Below, piece after piece: positions 61,143 to 64,000 of a stretch of 64,000 nucleotides of DNA. The position numbers and the translations under genes are program-made. Positions within the stretch are counted from its first letter, which is position 1. Each line of letters starts with the position of its first letter. The stretch is from Anaeromyxobacteraceae bacterium (lineage in GTDB: Bacteria; Myxococcota; Myxococcia; Myxococcales; Anaeromyxobacteraceae), in the NCBI GenBank assembly GCA_032654565.1, contig JAULAX010000015.1, forward strand, positions 704,001-768,000, given 5' to 3'. The notes under the pieces are model-generated. The model saw only the letters and a list, made by a program, of their open reading frames with translations. It did no database searches and was not told the origin of the DNA.

Positions 61143-63165
61143 CCGGCAGCACCATGGCGTTGAGCCCGCCGAACTGGAGCCGGCGCTGCAGCTGGTAGGC
61201 GGTCTCGTTGTGCAGCAGCCGCTGGAAGATCCTCTCCCGCTCGAAGATCAGCTTGCCGGCGAAGAAGACGGCGCGCGGGAAGTCGGCCGCCACCTCCAGG
61301 CAGAGCCGCTCCGCCACCACCACCGCCTCGGTGCCGATGTCCATGCGGTAGTCGGCGGCCAGCCCGAGCCGGTGGGCCGCCTCGACGTACTGCTGCAGGG
61401 CGGTCTCGGTCTGCAGCCTGACCCGGTCGACCTCCTCGACCCCCTTCATGGTGGCCGAGTCGACCACGCCCACCGAGACGAAGAGGAAGTTCCTGAAGTG
61501 CTCGCCGAAGATCCGCTTCACGGTGAGCAGCTGGTGGATGCCGAGGCCGCCGTAGCCGCCCACCAGCAGCACCGCGGTCGGGGCCCCGGGGTCGACCACC
61601 GGGTTGGGCTTGCCGGTGTGGGTCGGCAGCGCCGCCATGATGGCGTCGAGCCGCCGCAGGTTGGCCTGCACGGTGGCGTAGTGGCGCTGGATGACCAGGC
61701 AGAGCACCACCAGCAGGCTGGTGACCAGGATGGTCATCCAGCCCCCCTCGGCCCCCTTCTCGTAGATGGTGCCGCCGAGGATGGAGAGGCAGAGGGTGAG
61801 CGCCACGCCGTGGATGAGCAGGCCGCGCTTGCGGCCGAGGTCGTCCTTCTGGATCCAGTACTTCACCATGGCCAGCTGCGAGAGCGAGAAGGTGAGGAAG
61901 ACGTTGATCGAGTACATGGTCACCAGCGCGGTGATGTCGCCGCGGGTGTAGACCAGCGTCACCAGCGAGGCGCCGCCCATGAGCACCACCCCGTCGCGCA
62001 TGGTGAGCCGGTCGGAGAGCTGGGCGAAGCGGTGTGGCAGCCAGGAGTCGGCGGCCATGTTGGACATGACCCGCGGGCCGTCGATGAACCCGGCCTGGGC
62101 GGCCACGAAGAGCAGGGCCGCCTCGGCCACCAGCGTCACCACCAGGAAGCCGTGGCCGACGTGCAGGCCACCCACGCTCCAGGAGGCGGTGATGCGCTCC
62201 AGCAGCACGGCGTTGAGCGTCTTCCCCTCCTCGGGGATCACGTGGAAGAGCAGGTAGAGGACCAGGATGCCGCCGGCGGTGAGCGCCAGCGAGACGGCCA
62301 TGTAGGCCATGGTCCGCTGCGCCGTCTTCACCTTGGGCTCGCGCATGATCTGGAGGCCGTTGGAGACCGCCTCGATGCCGGTGTAGGTGCCGCCGCCCAT
62401 CGAGTAGGCCTTGACGAAGATGGCCAGCAGCCCGACCAGGCCGACCTGGGCGTGGGAGGCGCGCAGCCCCTCGGTCACCTCGGCCGCCACCTGGGGGACC
62501 TCGCCGAGGTGCGAGCCGATGCCGCCGAAGATGATGATGGCGTGGGTGAGCAGGAAGAGGCCGAAGATGGGGGCGAGGATCGAGACCGACTCCTTGACGC
62601 CGCGCAGGTTGAGCACCACCAGCAGCAGGATGGCGGCCGCGGCCACGCTCAGCTTCCAGGCGTGCCAGGCCGGCGGCAGGAAGCTGAAGATGGCGTCGGC
62701 GCCGGAGGCCGCCGAGACCGAGATGGTGAGGATGTAGTCGACCAGCAGCGCCGAGCCGGAGACCAGGCCGGCCCTGGGCCCGAGCAGGCGGGAGGCCACC
62801 ACGTAGCCGCCGCCGCCGAAGGGGAAGTGCTTGATGATCTGCGAGTAGGCGACCGAGATGATGAGCACGGTCACGCCGGTGGCCAGGGCCAGGAAGATGG
62901 CCAGCGAGCGGTGGTCGCCGAGCGCCCGGAAGGCCTCGTCGGGGCCGTAGGCCGAGGAGGAGAGACCGTCGGCGCCGAGGCCGACCCAGGCCAGCAGCGC
63001 GATCAGCGACATCGAGTGGTAGGTGTGCGGGTCCTCGAAGTCGCGCGGCGCGCCGAAGACCACCCGCTTCATGCGGCCGAACAGGCCGGTCGGCTCCGGC
63101 GGGGGGTGGTGGGACGTGGAGCTCGGGTGGCTCCCGTCGGGTGGCTTGCCGGTGGCGTCGGTCAT
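61114..63165 (-). CDS. APC-superfamily transporter, KimA-like K+ importer
   Basis: GADGLSSSAYGPDE, GGGGY, LLVDYILT, TGIEAVSNG, 12 TM segments plus cytoplasmic C-domain. Confidence 0.85.
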   Translation of the reverse strand: MTDATGKPPDGSHPSSTSHHPPPEPTGLFGRMKRVVFGAPRDFEDPHTYHSMSLIALLAWVGLGADGLSSSAYGPDEAFRALGDHRSLAIFLALATGVTVLIISVAYSQIIKHFPFGGGGYVVASRLLGPRAGLVSGSALLVDYILTISVSAASGADAIFSFLPPAWHAWKLSVAAAAILLLVVLNLRGVKESVSILAPIFGLFLLTHAIIIFGGIGSHLGEVPQVAAEVTEGLRASHAQVGLVGLLAIFVKAYSMGGGTYTGIEAVSNGLQIMREPKVKTAQRTMAYMAVSLALTAGGILVLYLLFHVIPEEGKTLNAVLLERITASWSVGGLHVGHGFLVVTLVAEAALLFVAAQAGFIDGPRVMSNMAADSWLPHRFAQLSDRLTMRDGVVLMGGASLVTLVYTRGDITALVTMYSINVFLTFSLSQLAMVKYWIQKDDLGRKRGLLIHGVALTLCLSILGGTIYEKGAEGGWMTILVTSLLVVLCLVIQRHYATVQANLRRLDAIMAALPTHTGKPNPVVDPGAPTAVLLVGGYGGLGIHQLLTVKRIFGEHFRNFLFVSVGVVDSATMKGVEEVDRVRLQTETALQQYVEAAHRLGLAADYRMDIGTEAVVVAERLCLEVAADFPRAVFFAGKLIFERERIFQRLLHNETAYQLQRRLQFGGLNAMVLPVRVMDERPA

Positions 63166-63417
63166 CTGCGCTCCTCGAAGGCGGCGGAAGCTAGCACCAC
63201 CGCGCCAATTAGCAAGGCATGCCCCGCCAATCATGACCAATAGGGGACCAATCGAGATTGATCCTTGATTGCAGGCTGCAGCGGCCGGCGGGCCCGGGAT
63301 TGCAGAATCCAATGGGGTCCCCGGGACCGGGGCCGCAAGCGCCCGTGATCCGGCCGGGTGGTCATGGCCGGCGGCGTGCAGCCTCCCCCCCTCACCACGC
63401 CTCGACCGGGGTACCAC

Positions 63418-63573
63418 ATGCTCGACCTCATCCTGCTCCTCAGCGGGCCGGCGTTCCTGGCCGGCTCCGTCGCCCTCGCCCTCTGGACCGACTGGCGCGA
63501 GGGACGCGCTGGCGGGCCGGCCGGGCTGGAGCCGGCGCGCCGCGAGCGGCCGAGGCCGCGGCTGGTACGATAG
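63418..63573 (+). CDS. Small single-TM hypothetical protein (51 aa)
   Basis: MLDLILLLSGPAFLAGSVALALW; high GC3; stops 3 nt before the next ATG. Confidence 0.5.
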   Translation: MLDLILLLSGPAFLAGSVALALWTDWREGRAGGPAGLEPARRERPRPRLVR

Positions 63574-63576
63574 GGC

Positions 63577-64000
63577 ATGACCCTCAGGGGCAAGCTCCTC
63601 GCCACCCAGGCCGCGATGGTGGCCACGCTGGTGGTGGTCGGTGCGCTGGCCATCAGCGGCGTCCGCTCGCTGGGCAGCTCTGCGGGGCGCATGCTCGAGG
63701 ACAACTACCGGAGCGTCCAGGCCGCCGAGCGGATGAAGGAGGCCCTGGAGCGGCTCGACCGGTCGGCCCTCCTCCGGGCCGCCGCAGAGCCGGGGCGAGC
63801 GGACGCACTGGCCGCCGAGGACCGGGCCGCCTTCGAGCGCGAGCTGCTGGTCCAGGAGGGGAACGTCACCGAGCGCGGTGAGGCCGAGGCGACGGAGCGC
63901 CTGCGCGGCGCCTGGACCGCCTTCGCCAGGGCGCTCTCGGGGTTCGAGGCGGGGGCCTCCGGGCCGGCGGTCGCCGGTCGGTACTCCAGCGAGCTGGAGC
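63577..64000 (+). CDS. Probable sensor histidine kinase with four-helix-bundle periplasmic domain (3'-partial)
   Basis: MTLRGKLL + TM + LEDNYRSVQAAERMKEALERLD...NVTE.GE; frame open to the window end; kinase domain not visible. Confidence 0.7.
   Translation, partial: MTLRGKLLATQAAMVATLVVVGALAISGVRSLGSSAGRMLEDNYRSVQAAERMKEALERLDRSALLRAAAEPGRADALAAEDRAAFERELLVQEGNVTERGEAEATERLRGAWTAFARALSGFEAGASGPAVAGRYSSELE

Noticed and set aside
63296..63400. Possible c-di-AMP (ydaO) riboswitch near the KimA-like gene (TTGCAGAATCC...GG)
   Set aside because: Only the first few bases resemble the motif, the conserved CAGCTAAC element is absent, and it is on the wrong strand for the transporter.

Overview
Very GC-rich bacterial DNA whose gene content suggests Myxococcota (Anaeromyxobacter-like); the taxon is an inference. 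The window holds about 60 genes. They include the 3' part of ppdK, a malate synthase-like enzyme and two c-di-GMP (GGDEF/EAL) genes. A lactate-utilisation locus has lutABC (lutB frameshifted), a LytS/LytTR pair, a D-lactate dehydrogenase and lldP. Further along are lrgAB, a NitT/TauT ABC transporter, the fdnGHI-fdhE formate dehydrogenase operon, a MaoC/ExbBD/MshEN cluster, an ECF sigma operon, cobB, a truncated DUF222-like element, several K+ transport genes and two POT transporters. The main hidden signal is three genes with an in-frame UGA at a Cys-equivalent active-site position: the known selenoprotein FdnG, plus two that the ORF track splits, an exported rhodanese (CHNER-U-LAC) and an exported thioredoxin/TPR-like protein (WAPW-U-PTC). 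Other signals are a conserved LytTR-type direct repeat upstream of both lactate transcription units, a recurrent leaderless-promoter signature (TANNNT-N6-9-ATG), two perfect operator-like palindromes and a helically phased CCAAT array. No rRNA, tRNA or CRISPR array was seen.
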